Source: Trichodelitschia bisporula
Lineage: Eukaryota
Assembly: GCA_010356995.1 (NCBI GenBank)
Contig: ML996694.1
Span: 247,224-311,223, forward strand
Direction of reading: 5' to 3'
Length of the DNA: 64,000 nucleotides
The notes beneath the pieces were generated by a model. It ran no database searches. It saw nothing but the letters and a program-made list of their open reading frames with translations, and was not told the DNA's origin. Position 1 is the first letter of the stretch. Each line of letters opens with the position of its first letter. Both the position numbers and the translations under genes were made by a program. This document shows, piece after piece, positions 1 through 12,514 of the stretch.

Positions 1-1210
1 ACGATTAACTGAGGGTTTTGAATGGTCGGGGATTTTGCTGGACGGTATGAAACCTTGGTGCCCTTATTAGAAAGGCCGGTTTCATACCCACACAGTTGCC
101 ATCTACCCTCCTCAGCCTAGGCCTGCAACATGACGTTGTGTCTGTCTATGCGACCACGCGGCCAGCAACATCCATGCAACAGACCCACACTACACTTTGA
201 CAGGTCTTCGTGTATTGTAGGGTTGCCGACCTCCCTCCTCCCTGCAAGCTCCCGCTGCACGCTACGTTGGTTGGGAGTGAACCCCAGGCGGGGGGAGTGG
301 GGGGGGGGGTGGTTGTGGAGACAGGGTAGGAGAAAGAAAAGTGGATCGGGATGGGGAAGAGGAAGATAGATATTCCAGGCTCTGATGGTCACATCCCTGC
401 CGGTGGGCGATGAGATCGCTGCGATGAAACTGCAGCATATTCGATCAAGATCCAAAGGGGCGCGGATGGTGGCTGAAACTGGAGACCGAATGTGGTGATC
501 GGCCAGATAGGTTTTCCCCATGCATTCCTCACTGGGAACTCCATCAGCCGTTTTTTCTCTCTTCCTTTTTTTCCTTACGTTTCGCATGGGGGGGGGGGAG
601 GGGAGGGGAGAGGCTGGGGCGGCAAATGTGGGCGGAAGCGCGGGAAGGCTGGAGGGGTCGAGCAACAAACGCGCTGCCCACCCCTCAACGACCGTTGCAC
701 GAAATGAGTCGTCAGAAACCTCCTACTGGAATACGCCGACTGGCTGAGCCCCCGCGCAGGGATTGGGAGTAGGATGGACGACGCGGGATTGCGGGTGGCG
801 GCATCTGTAGAGCGCGCGTTTACCCTATGAACCCTCGTTCCCGATAACTTTCCTCTAGAAAGCATCAACACCTTGCGGCATCCAGCGGCATGCCTACGTT
901 GGAGAGGAGACATCTTAAGATATCATATCCTCCCGCGTTTGCCGTTGTCTCATCCCCAACCCCAACCGCCTGTCTCTCGCTCATGAAGCTCTTGTCTGAT
1001 ACTCCAACAGTCTAATTTCCCTTCTCGTCGGTACGCCCGCCCAAGTCGCCATCCCCTATTCGTCCCTCGGACCTCAAGTCTCATTGGCCTTACTTCACCG
1101 ACTTGCTCGCACCACAGCCGGGCGACGCGACTTCCTGCCATATCAGCGCAAGCGCCTTCAAGCTTGCCAGTCCGAACGAGATTCGCCGCCCGCCCATCTT
1201 CCGCTCCACC

Positions 1211-2032
1211 ATGACCACAGACCGCCCCATATCGTCGTGGCATCGCCAAATGACGCCCCCACAGAGCCCATCGGACCAACCGTTCCCGGAGCTGCCTTCA
1301 GCCTTGACCAAAATGTCGCTCGATTTCATTGTGTCGGGCAGCCAGGCCAGCAGCGCCAACCACTTCTCGTCTTCCAGCTTCTCCGGGTCTTTCGAAGCTA
1401 CCGAGCGGCCTGAATTGATGACCCGCCGCGCATCGGACTCGTACCGCTCGCCCCCCTCGTCCATCCGGAGTGACGACTCCGACGGCCCCTCAAGCCCGAT
1501 CACCAACCCACCGTTCACGCTCCCCCCATTCTCCGAGCTCGCTCCAGAGCTGGCGCCAGAGGGGCATGGTCCGCCTCGCCATCCCCGCACCTCAACGCTG
1601 GACCACTACCCACTACGCCTCCATCAACACTCTTCCCCGCCCTCCTCCAAGCACCACCCAACGCCCTTACGCCCAGAGCGGCATCCCTACGACGCCGAGG
1701 AGCTCACAGCCATCATCTACCTCCGCGCGGCCTGCAACCTGCGCTGGCACGAAGTACACCGGTGCTTCCTGCGTATCTTCCCCCCGAACACGCCCCGGCG
1801 CTGCCAGGCCGCGATTGCCAAGGGCCTGCCCAAGTTCTATCTCGAGCGCAACGTGCAAGGCCTGCAGTGCCGGTGGTACCGGCTGCGCGAGGAAGAGGGC
1901 CTGGCGGCGCTGCGGAAAGGAGGCGGTGGGAAGGGGGAGCGGAGTGCGCTGGAGAGGATGAGCCGCAAGGGGGAGATCAGTATGGAGTTCTGGAATAGGC
2001 TGAGGGCTGTTGGGGGGGATGGGGCGAAATAG
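1211..2032 (+). CDS. Hypothetical protein: Ser/Pro-rich N-terminus and C-terminal Myb/SANT-like helical domain
   Basis: ATG at 1211 in a CACC-ATG context within ORF 1103..2032. The C-terminal YDAEELTAIIYLR..LRWHEV..F...RNVQGLQCRWYRLR resembles fungal Myb-like DNA-binding domains. Confidence 0.6.
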   Translation: MTTDRPISSWHRQMTPPQSPSDQPFPELPSALTKMSLDFIVSGSQASSANHFSSSSFSGSFEATERPELMTRRASDSYRSPPSSIRSDDSDGPSSPITNPPFTLPPFSELAPELAPEGHGPPRHPRTSTLDHYPLRLHQHSSPPSSKHHPTPLRPERHPYDAEELTAIIYLRAACNLRWHEVHRCFLRIFPPNTPRRCQAAIAKGLPKFYLERNVQGLQCRWYRLREEEGLAALRKGGGGKGERSALERMSRKGEISMEFWNRLRAVGGDGAK

Positions 2033-3100
2033 ACTTTTCGGCGATTTTTTTTCCTTTGGATTCTTGGGATATTACGGGCAGGATTGGGATGGGATGGGAT
2101 GGGCTGGCGCTGGACAGCGCATTTTGGATAGGATTGGGAACTGGATCGGAGTGGAGGTGTTTGTGTGTCGGATTAGCGCTACTGTCATCGGGTTTGTGAC
2201 TTTCTCTTTGGTCTTTTTGCTTACCAAGCCTCAAAAGGCTGTTGCCGGTTTCACGATGGCATCTGATACTGTATGTATGCTCGGTATGGTTGTACGTGAG
2301 AAGTCTCAAAATCTTGTTGGTGGGAAAGGTGGCGGGTGTTGAAGGAGTCATGGCGCAGCAGTGGAGAGAAAGGCATTCCCTTGCTCACTTTGTAGATTAC
2401 TCAGGCTTGCGAAAGCATCTCGGAATATATCTCGCGGCGACAGCTGCACTTAATCCTTTGCTGCCACTGCAAGTGAAATGAAGTGAAGTGGCTGAGCGGT
2501 CCGGGGTGCTGGTTCTAGTTGTATCTATGAGGTTGAGTAGGGGCGCCGAGATATCAGAACTTTCCTCTGCCGAAGCGAACTGGCTCCTGTGCCTTCCTCG
2601 GCCGGAGATGGATCAATGGCAGAATGCCTTATGGAAGCTTTGAGTTATAATTGTGAGGCATCATGAGCCGGGGCCACGAAGGCGATGGGTCCTACTCAAT
2701 CAGCTTCACCTCCGGGCCATACCCGCTTGGCTCTTTCCTCGTCACCGACCTTCCTAAAACGATATCCTGCCTTTTCAGTTATAGCTTGGCTTGCAACTCC
2801 CTCGCACAGACCGTCAAAGACTGCTTCAAATTCTCACTGTCAACATCTACCTCTCCCTCACTCTTACATCCTCATCTTCTTCTCCCCACCCTCACGCACC
2901 CAGCCTTAGGCGCTTCCATATTATCAATCATCAATCATCATTCATATTCATCCTCTTCTCCCCACCCTCACTCTCCCGGCCTCGGGCGCTCCCTTATCAT
3001 CACTCATCAATCATCAATCATCATCTTATGCCTCTCCCCATCTTCTTTCCTTTTCTATACATCACTCCTTCCTGCCTTATATTCTGGCTCAGCGTCGTCT

Positions 3101-3475
3101 GAGTGGCATGATCCGAGAGCCCAACAGCCCCTTGCACCTGTAGGTTGCTCGCCTTTTCGCCTATATACTCTGGCAAAGCGTCGCCTGAGTAGCATGGTCC
3201 GGGAGCCCAACAGCCCCTTGCACTCTGGGTCCCTCCTCTCTTCGCCTCATCTCGCCAAACACCGCCTCACCACATCAGTCAGCCATATTCGGTTCCGGTC
3301 GTTCACTCACTGCTCATCGGCGCACTGAGCACTCGCTTTTTCCTATATACGCCATTGCCTTAGAGGCTCGTCATATAATACCTTCACGATGGCGCAGTCA
3401 GTGCACACTCGGAACGTCCCAAACAATTCGGCTCCTTTCAAATACCTTCAATATAGCGCAGTCAGTGCACGCTCA
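3101..3475 (+). repeat. Cluster of short imperfect direct repeats
   Basis: gagtggcatgatccgagagcccaacagccccttgcac (3101) vs gagtagcatggtccgggagcccaacagccccttgcac (3187); aataccttca..gcgcagtcagtgcac at ~3377 and ~3441. Confidence 0.75.
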
Positions 3476-3559
3476 TAGCGTCCTGGACCATTCGGTTCCG
3501 CCCCGTATACCTTCGCTCACGGGGGTCTCTTGCCCTCGTGCGAAGGCTGCAACTCAGTA

Positions 3560-4000
3560 TATCATACGCAAGCCGGAGGTTGAGATGAGCGCCAACAAGT
3601 CCGTCGACGAAGACGCAGCTGCCACCGGTGAAGAAGCAACTGATCAGGACTAGGATGGGACCCTGCCGGTAAGTCACCTATAAACGCCGACGTAGGAGGT
3701 ATGCTAACAGCCGCTAGCCACTCAAGCTTCGGATCTATATTAGTGGTCCAGACGGCGTTCAGTAGACCATCGGCGTATAAACATCTTCCATCCTCTCCGT
3801 GTCTTCTTAGTATACTTGACTTCGGATGTGGTAAAACATTCTCCGCCGTGCCAGAAACTCTCGAGCACACCGACCTTCTTCACCACCTCCTTCAGCAGAT
3901 CTGGATCAACTTATCATCCTTTATATTATATTTCGGCGAGAGCTCAGGTATGTCTACGCCTTACCGTCTCATTCATGACCCAGCTAATATTTTTAGGTTG
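3560..4000 (+). pseudogene. Decayed intron-containing gene relic, related to the ~34980-35160 locus
   Basis: Intron-like GTAAGT..GCTAAC..TAG at 3669-3717 and GTATGT..GCTAAT..TAG at ~3948-3996. No continuous ORF. Confidence 0.4.
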
Positions 4001-4800
4001 CTATAGTATATATTTCGTCCCTCCGCCCTAGCCATAGGGCCGGAGGTGCCGGAGATGGCAGCGAGCGGAACGGATATACACTATACACAATCTCCCTCCA
4101 ATGACCGTCTGCCGCGGCCGACGATCAGAGTGTAGCAATCGTGAGGCAACTCCAGCCTCATCGGGTGGGCTCATAAATTTTCAAGATGATGAGGCCATGG
4201 GTTCGTCATTTGCAACGAATTTCGAGCACATTGCCTCGTTGGGTGGGCTGACCATTGCTAAAATGACGAAGGCACGAGTTCGGGATTTACAACCAATTTC
4301 AATCACAATTCAACACAAGGGTGGATATTTTCCGCAGCCTGAATGGTGAGTTTGCTTCTTCTATCGAAGAACCTGGCTGACGTTCCCAGGCTGTGATGTG
4401 GTGACCTCAGTATCTTCATCATGGAGCCGACATCATTCAGATTTTGGATTGAGGGAGCGGGGGAGTGGGATCGGTTGAGGAGGATACTGTGCTCTAACAT
4501 AAAACTAGTTGGCTTCGATGCTGTTAAATTAAACCTCAATCCACTCAAATGCACTGAGCAATGAAGATGTGAAAATGATTGGACTTCGTCTTCGCCAACG
4601 CGGCATCGTCGAGCACTGGAATGTCAACACCAAGCAGGAAACGACGCCGCCGGCGCCAGACATGCTACTGTCCTTTAATCATGCACGTTGTGTAAATTAC
4701 ACCCAGACTCAAAATCCAGCTCATCGGCGCCGCACAAGCTCAAGGGCACTTGCGAAGTAAGAGCTACACATTGCATACAAGTACATTGCCCACGCCCGCG

Positions 4801-5790
4801 CTACAACAGCGGCACATCCAAATGCCTACTCTTAACCAACACGCCCTGCATCTCCCTCCCCGGATCTTCAAACCCCACACGTCCCATCACAAGCTCCCCC
4901 TCCGGCAACCCCCCCACCCTCGCAACCTCCCTCCTCAAATACGCAACCACAGTCGCCAACGCCACGGGATCCACCCCCTCCGCGCCCTTACACACATTCC
5001 GCCACACCGCGCCCGCCAGCACCGCATCCCCGCGTACCAAGCCCTCGTCATACGCCGCCAACACCCCGCGCCACTGATCAAACAAATCTTTCAAATACTT
5101 CGCGCGGATCCCCTTGCTATGTATCCCATGGTAACTCTCCATCCTCGTCTCCGCCGCGAAGAAGAAATGGTTCGTGAGGTGTTGCATCCACGACCGCGCG
5201 GCCTCGGCGGGGAGACACCGCAGGCGCACGGTTAAGATGTACATGTGCAGCATGGTGACTTGCGTCCATGTCGCAAACGTCGGTTCGAGACTCAATCCTA
5301 ATCCTTCATCAGCCCTAGCCCCAAAACCATGTTCACCCAACTTACCCTCATACCACCACCCCGTCCCGACGCCCAGATCCTCGCCCCCCGCGGCCTTGGC
5401 CCGCTCGCTTCCTTCCTTGACCTCGGGCATGGAGTAATCGGCTTGTGCCGCGCATTCCTGGAAGAGCAGCTCTGAGCCGCCGTATGCGACGTATGTTTCT
5501 GTAGCTCCGGGCGCGGCCTGGCGCAGGGAGCGCGCGATGCGGGATTGGAATTCTGCGGGGGGGGGGATGGGAGGTTGGGACTTGGCTGTTTCGAGGACGG
5601 GGGCAGATTTAGTGTCGGGTTTTGGAGGGGTGGATGTTGAGGCGAGTCTGCGCTGTGTCGGCTGGTATGGTGTACGGTGTTGGGTTGCTAAGCTCTGCAG
5701 GGCGGGAGCAGGGGACCGGATACTGCGCGGAGGGGCGAGCAGAGAGCGCGAGGCGCGGAGGCAGGTCCGGCAGGTAGATTTGGAGGCCAT
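4801..5790 (-). CDS. CBP3: Mitochondrial ubiquinol-cytochrome c reductase chaperone Cbp3
   Basis: Arg-rich presequence MASKSTCRTCLR; motifs TFATWTQVTMLHMYILTVRLR, QWRGVLAAYDEGL, DAVLAGAVWRN. In-frame 48-nt intron 5345-5298 (GTAAG..GCTGAT..TAG). Confidence 0.9.
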   Translation of the reverse strand: MASKSTCRTCLRASRSLLAPPRSIRSPAPALQSLATQHRTPYQPTQRRLASTSTPPKPDTKSAPVLETAKSQPPIPPPAEFQSRIARSLRQAAPGATETYVAYGGSELLFQECAAQADYSMPEVKEGSERAKAAGGEDLGVGTGWWYEGKLGEHGFGARADEGLGLSLEPTFATWTQVTMLHMYILTVRLRCLPAEAARSWMQHLTNHFFFAAETRMESYHGIHSKGIRAKYLKDLFDQWRGVLAAYDEGLVRGDAVLAGAVWRNVCKGAEGVDPVALATVVAYLRREVARVGGLPEGELVMGRVGFEDPGREMQGVLVKSRHLDVPLL

Positions 5791-6512
5791 TGGGGTGTGT
5801 GGGGGTAGGAAGGCCGAGAGGGCGTGATGGGCTTTTTTTTTGGTGGTGAGGTTTTGCATGACGTTGAAAGTTTTGGATGCCTGAGGCTCAAAGACTTGGC
5901 GGAAGAATTCATGATCTGCCCGAAAGGGAAGGAAGAGGTGAGGGCCAGAATTCATGTCCGCGAGATAATGGAGAGGCGAGTTCGTCTGTACTGCTCTATG
6001 TACCAACTCCACTATCCTTCTATCAATGACTCCAAGCCATCGTATGCTTCCTCAACATCTAGAAAGGGAGTGGGACCAGCTCACCCCGTACACACACAAC
6101 ACGCAGACAGTCACAATCATCACCACGCAAGGGCACATCGTCTGAACAATCTCATGCTCGCAAATCTTTTACACTAACGCCGAAAACCAAAGCCAGAAAA
6201 CGCCATACCCTTCCTTTGCATCCAACCTACGAGCCAAAATGAACGAAGATAGCGACAGTCCACACCAAAAGCCACCGGCGCGCACCCCTCGGCAGCAACA
6301 TCCATCGAAGAGAAAAAAACGAAAACAAAAAATGGGTACAGAAAAAAAAAAAGCCATGTACGGTCTTCCCAAGTCCCAAAACGAGCGAAGCGAGCAACTG
6401 AGCGAAGAAACGCAGACGCCAAACCTCGCCATTCCCCCGTCAATCACGTAACGAGTGTGTATCTTTTGAGTTCCCCCTTGCCACCATCAATCCCTCATAA
6501 CCGACACCCGCT

Positions 6513-9500
6513 CTACGCATTCCAGTATCCCCTCCTACCCCGGCCGGCAACCTGCCCTACCTGCACGCCGTTCACCCCCATGCCCACACCCCCCGGCATG
6601 CCAGCCCCCACACCGTAAACCCCCTGCACGGATGGAAACCCATAAACCTGTCCAAACCCATTGACGCCCTGCGCGCCGAACCCATTCCCCTGCGCAACCA
6701 CCGGGCTACCCTGCACGCGATACTCCCCATTCGCCTGGAACCCCATACCCGGGACGCCGACACCGGGCACGCCCATCGCAGGCACATAATACGGCTGCTG
6801 GATATTGCGCAGCATCTGTGGCTGGAACCCCATTTGCTGGAACATGTACGGCTGGACGGGACCATAGACCGCCGGGCTCTCAGCGAAGCCCCCGCCAAAA
6901 ACACCGCTGTGCTGGCTGTCCGAGCGCTGCATTCCGCCGTCGAAGCCCGCCGGGCCCTGGCCGTACCCGTACCGCATGTTCTCCATCTGTTGCTGCGGGG
7001 GAACCTGCGGCTGGTTCATCGGATTCTGTAGCGCGGGCTGGATCTGCGGCTGCGGCGCTGCGGACGCGGGTGCGTGCCGGCTGCTCGGGCGCACGGCCTC
7101 GGAGTGCGCGTCACGGGGTGCGCCGCCTGCGCGGTTGGACAGGCCGACTTCGTCCATGAGCCGCTTATAGCCCTGCTGGGGCTGTGCCTTGATGCGGACC
7201 AGGACGTTGCGCACGTTTTGCACAACATCGGCGCGGATGTTCTCGTCGAGGAAGGGCGTAGTCAGCACCTTAAAAATAAGGTTTGCGCCACACATGTGAT
7301 CCTGTAGGATGGCTTCTAGGACAATGTCGTTGGGCGAAAAGAACAGAGCCTGCATGATTACGTTGCGCGCCTCGGGTTCGTTGCGCTGGTTGATAATCTT
7401 GAGCACCGTGAGGTAGGCGACCTTGTGCGTGCAGAGGTGCACCAGGTGCGGCACCAGTCGTGGCGCAAGAACAGTGCGACGCTGCGGGAAGGTGCACGTA
7501 TCCAGGAACCAGGTGAGCAGCAACGCACCGTTGGCATTCGTCGCCAGCTGCACACTGTGCAGAGCGATGGCGGCCGCAATCATGCGCTGTTGCTCCTTAG
7601 TGGCGTGATGGCTCTCCAGACAGGCACGCATGGCGCGGGCGCCGAAGCGACCCTGTGCCAGCTCCCACAACCGGCTCAGCATTACCTCAAAAATGAAGTT
7701 ATTTGCCGGGAACCCGTAACGCAGGCAGCCTTGGATGACGTAATTGCCGAACTGGTCCAGAAACAGAGCCATGGCGTACGGACGCAGACTGTCCACAATC
7801 TTATTCATCAAACTGGACGAGCGCGTCACCTCGATAATCTTCTGCGCGGCCCAGGTACCGTTCTTGTGCACCCCAATCTCGGCCATATGGGGTGCGATGC
7901 GCTCAAACATGGCTTCCTGGAGGTCCTCCGAGCAGGTTTCAAACAGCTTCTGCACTACAGTGTTGCCCAGATAGTCTGATGACAGCTCGGCAATCTCGGG
8001 CAGCATGTCGACGGCCACGCCCTCAATCTCCAGGGGCGTGTAGGCATTGTTGTCGATGCGCTTTCGAATCTCGCGCAGTCGCGGCGCGTCGTGCATGCGG
8101 TTGTGATTAGGCTCGGGGATTGGCGGAATTTCGGCCTCGTAGTGATCATGCATGATTGCCATGTTGACCCCTTGGCTGATCACATTGCATTCCTCAGCCG
8201 TCGCGCCAAGCTCCTTGACAATGTCAATGATGTCTTGCTGACTGGAGGACAGCTCGGGAGTCGAGATAGATGCAGGACCCAACGGCGCCTGGCGCGGCGA
8301 CTGCTTCGCCTGCGGGTCCGGGGTTGGCGATGGGAAAATGCCGTTGTTGCCGGGTGTGCCGGAGGCGCTGGGCACTTTGGCGTAGCCGATACGGACGGGT
8401 CCAGCACCGGGGAAGATTTCCATGCCATTGAGCTTTGAACGCGCACGGATGGCGCTTTCAATGTTCTCAAAGTTGACAAATCCGCAGTTCTTGTGTGTCA
8501 AAACACGTGTCGACTCGACCGGCCCGTACTGCGCAAAAATGTGGCTCAGCGATGACGTGGTAGTTGAGACTGGAATATTGCCGAGCCAGAGAGCGCGCGT
8601 CGGCGATTCAACGTTATGTTCCTCTCCAGTCTCGACAGGGTGCCCGTTGAGCTGAAGGCTTTCGACAGCCTCGGTCAGGCCGCTGTACTCGGCCTCTTCC
8701 GTGAGCGGCATGTCAAGACCGTTCTTCATGTCCCGGCGACCAGACATGTAACCCCGACCAATCGGGGCATCGAGAATACCGGCAGTACGAGCACGGGGGC
8801 GGCTGGCGCTGGCGTAATTGACAAATGCTTGAACCTCTTGGTTGTGTCGGTGGATCGCTGCGAGCGTTTGAGCAGCTACCATAGAATTTTCACTTGGAGT
8901 CATGGTACCACTGTAACCGGCATTGATCATGCGCATATCATCCTCATCATCTGCGAATTTCTCCTTGGCATTCACCGAGTAGGATCGGAAGCGGTTATTA
9001 CTTTTGGAGAGCGCAGCGAGCTCGGCGATGGCGGCTGGCTGTAACCCCACGTGTTGGCCCGTCATGAGGTTGAGCTCGGCAAGCGCAGCGTTGGACGGTT
9101 TCGGAGTTTCGGCGAGACCGAGGTAGTCAAGAGTTTTTACGTCGTTGTCGGCGAGCGAGTCGCGGGAAAAGTGCGACTGAGCAGGCGAGGATGGGCCGTC
9201 AGAAGAGCGAATACTAGCAAGTGTAGATGAGCGGTCTCTTGAGGTCCAGAAGTAATTCTGGCCAAAAACGGGGGCTGGCGCCTGATACTGGCTACGCGGG
9301 GGCAAGGACCCAGCGCGGAAGCGGGATGGAACGCTGGACTTTGGCTGCTCGCTAATGTTGGCGCGGAACGGGCTGCCGGTAGGCGTCGGACGCGACGTCT
9401 TCGAACCCAGGTTCGAAGGTGGAGGGTTCAGAGGGCCCAAGCCCGTAGCGGGAGAGAAGCGCGACGGCAGAGTGCCGGCTCTGGCGCGCGATCTCAGTGG

Positions 9501-9955
9501 AAGCGACGCGGTTGAAGGCGTCGTTGCATTAATACTAGATTCTTTCAGGAAATCTGGCAAGTGAGCCTCGCCATTGGGCGACTCAGGAATAGTCTCCCGG
9601 AGGGGCGTCGAGTTGCCGCTTGTCGGAGGACCCCATGGTTGAAACCCAAGACCCTCCTGGGCTTGGAGCTCGCGGGTACGGAAGCTGTTGGGCCACGTTA
9701 GCCATAAAGACAGGTACGCAGCAAGGGAACGCACCTCTTAAAACCACGGTAGTCGTGCGAAGGGGATGAATTGTTCAGCCGGGACACACTGTTCGCACTG
9801 AATCCCGGTGGGACGCGCGAAGCCGACGGAGGCTCGATGGGCGACGTTGCTGCCGTCGACGAACCTGACCGCGGTGCCTGTTGCTGCTGGCTCGCCAGCG
9901 GCGGCACATACGACAGGTTCAGGTGTTGCTGCTCTGACCTCTGCGAAGGACCCAT
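6513..9955 (-). CDS. JSN1: Jsn1/Puf1-Puf2-type RNA-binding protein (RRM plus Pumilio repeats)
   Basis: RRM (RALWLGNI..KNCGFVNF) followed by PUF repeats (SDYLGNTVVQKL, KNGTWAAQKII, DQFGNYVIQ). ATG at 9955; intron 9734-9685 (GTGCGT..GCTAAC..CAG). Confidence 0.9.
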
Positions 9956-12514
9956 TATGATTATGAATCGTTTATCCGCGCTGGAGTCGCCGTGCGGTTA
10001 TGCGTTCAGTCGAATCGAGTCGTCTGTCGTCTGTCGAGACAAGGAGCGAAACCAATGGGACCGGCCAAAGGAACGTACGGGCGAGCCCAATGGAATACGA
10101 ATAGGATGTGGGAAGGTGCAGTGTCTTTCTTGATCGTTATTCTCAAAAGGGTTTCGTAGCAGGCCGGCTGACGAAGTCGAGAAGCAGAAGGAAACTCAGT
10201 TCCAGCTCAGCCACATGCGCCCTGTCCCCAAGAATATACTTCTGGATTTGCCGAGAAGCCAGCTAATGCGTTTCAAGGGCGATGACGCCGATGAAGAAAT
10301 GGAGAATTGAAGGGCGACTGGTGATGAGTTGTGCGGGGGCACTAAGTGTCGATTAGAGATGACGAGCGGGGATGGTGGGGCGGGGGAGGACGTCGCGGGC
10401 GAGATTGAGCAGTTGCGGGTCTCTCTGATCGGGGAGGGTGGGTGAGTCCGGATGAGCGGTGGGGCGGGAGGGTGTGTGCGATTCTGTGGTGAGGGAGTAT
10501 GGGCGATTTCAGGTAGATGTCCGGCAACGACAAATTGCGGGTTCGTCCCGGGACAACCACTTGGCCTGAATATTATGGTACAGGAAGCTCGGACAGTGCA
10601 ATATACAGACCAGAGAAGGTCTGGAGAAGACAACAAGGGCCGGGGTTGCTGGCGAGGTTTGGTTGATTGAATAGGAGTGGGAAAATAGCCAGCCTATTGA
10701 GAAGTGACCGCAAGTCCCGTAGGATTATCGATGGGTGATTCTTGTCTGATGTGAAGTGGGTTTCTGGGAGTAAGAGACAGCGTGAGAGAGGAAGAGGGAG
10801 AAGAAAGGTGAGGAGGAGAGTATTAGTCGGAAGGGGAGATGGATGGAGAAAGAAAGGAGTCCGACAAGACGACGACGTGTTGATGGAGAGATGTAAGAGA
10901 GCGAGGTGTCCGGTTGAGGAGGAAGAATTGGCATTGGGGGAGGGGGACGGGTCGGAATAGCGGAGTCACGGGGTTCCCATCTTTTTCGCGGGGGGTGCAC
11001 GAAGTTTTAGGGGAGGCTGGGGGCGGGGGGCTTCTCTTTGGAGTAGCGTCCTATGGCGCGGATTGGTGGGTTGGCGTCTAGACCTTGAGAGAGAAAGGCC
11101 CGATGGGAGGGGGTGGCCTGAATAGTTACAGTACAGTAGTACGCAGTACGGATGTACGGTAGAGGCAGGACGAGGCATTCATCCACTAAGATCGAAGGCT
11201 GTTCAGTGGCTAAGACGCTTAATGGTCTTAATGGAGGACACCAGCGTTTTGTCTCGCTCTTTGGCCTCCTCTTCTGACTCTGTTCTTCGGCCTCTTTTCT
11301 GGCTGTCGGAGGCTTGCAAGGCGCATGGTGATGTATCAGCAGTCCATCACGACCAATGACAGTGCAGCTATTAACATAAATCCAGGCCTATTTTCGCATT
11401 GAACTTGTCGGTCAGATATACTGCTTGCAACCGGCCGCCGTGCACACTCTCATGCAATGCGCAGATGTAGAGGATGCAGTACGTGCGGTCATCCTGATGT
11501 TCTATTCATAAACGTCAACCCCACGGTCGTCTGTTTCCAACTAACCCAAGACCTCGTCATCTACATGCAGCTTCCGTCAGGGGCAACATGAAACGCACCC
11601 GCCAGGAAGAAAGGAGGCGCTTCGGGAGACTTGATGCACTCACAGCACTGGCTGCGCCCAGCGGCAGCGTGCATGCAGGTCACATCCGCGCTTGAAGTGA
11701 CGAACATTGGCACTCGCTCATTGTTTTAACCTCCTCCCTAGGAGCAAGCCTTGTGGAGTGCATCAGCCGAGGGCCGCGTACGTCGTCGTCGTCACTTGCT
11801 GTCTCCTTGCCTTCATCTATCCTGCAGGCTGCAGCAAAAGCACCTATCCGCTTTCCAGTAACAATGTTGTATGAGGGAGGGCTAATGCATCCTACTATCG
11901 TACAAACAGTCAGCGTGCTTATTGGGGAATTGCCCATATTCTGACTGAGACGGTGAAGTCTTGATCTGAGGGGATACATTGCATCCTGTTCCATCACTTC
12001 AAGACGAACCTCTCAGACGGGAATTGGAGGGCCGTAGTCGATAACATTGTGACGTTCAGATTTGATGATGCCAGCTGTTGTTTCACGCTCCACGAATGCA
12101 CTCTGGTACGCAAACAAGTTCCAGTAGGAAACAAACGTTGCTCATCGTGTCCTCCGCAAACCTCAAACATTGATCGCTGAAAAGCTCGTCGCCTGGTCAC
12201 GTGCACGTCGAGCCCTATCGATACTGCCCTCCATGGCCAGCCAAAAGAAGTCGTGGCCCACTCAGTCCGCCAAACTGCCCAGGCCAGGCAGCAACGACAT
12301 TTCCCAGTGGCCCTTGGACGTGCATGCCAAACTCCCGGCCCAAGCGCGTCACGAACTCCCAACCCATCACATCCCTAATCTCTCCACATCACGACCCACA
12401 CCCACCCACCAGGTTCGCCCACCCGCCGCAAATCTCCCGCATCCCAACCCGAAACCACCATCTCCCCCCCCATCTATCGTCAACACACACCGCCCCCGCT
12501 CCCAATCTACCACC

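Noticed and set aside
5298..5345. Stop-free in-frame introns (also 39048-39092, 45943-45990, 49990-50040) as regulated intron retention
   Set aside because: Expected by chance for short GC-rich introns; no supporting evidence without RNA data.
10196..10216. Short uORF (MWLSWN) upstream of the PUF gene
   Set aside because: The TSS is unknown and there is no conservation evidence; small ORFs arise by chance.
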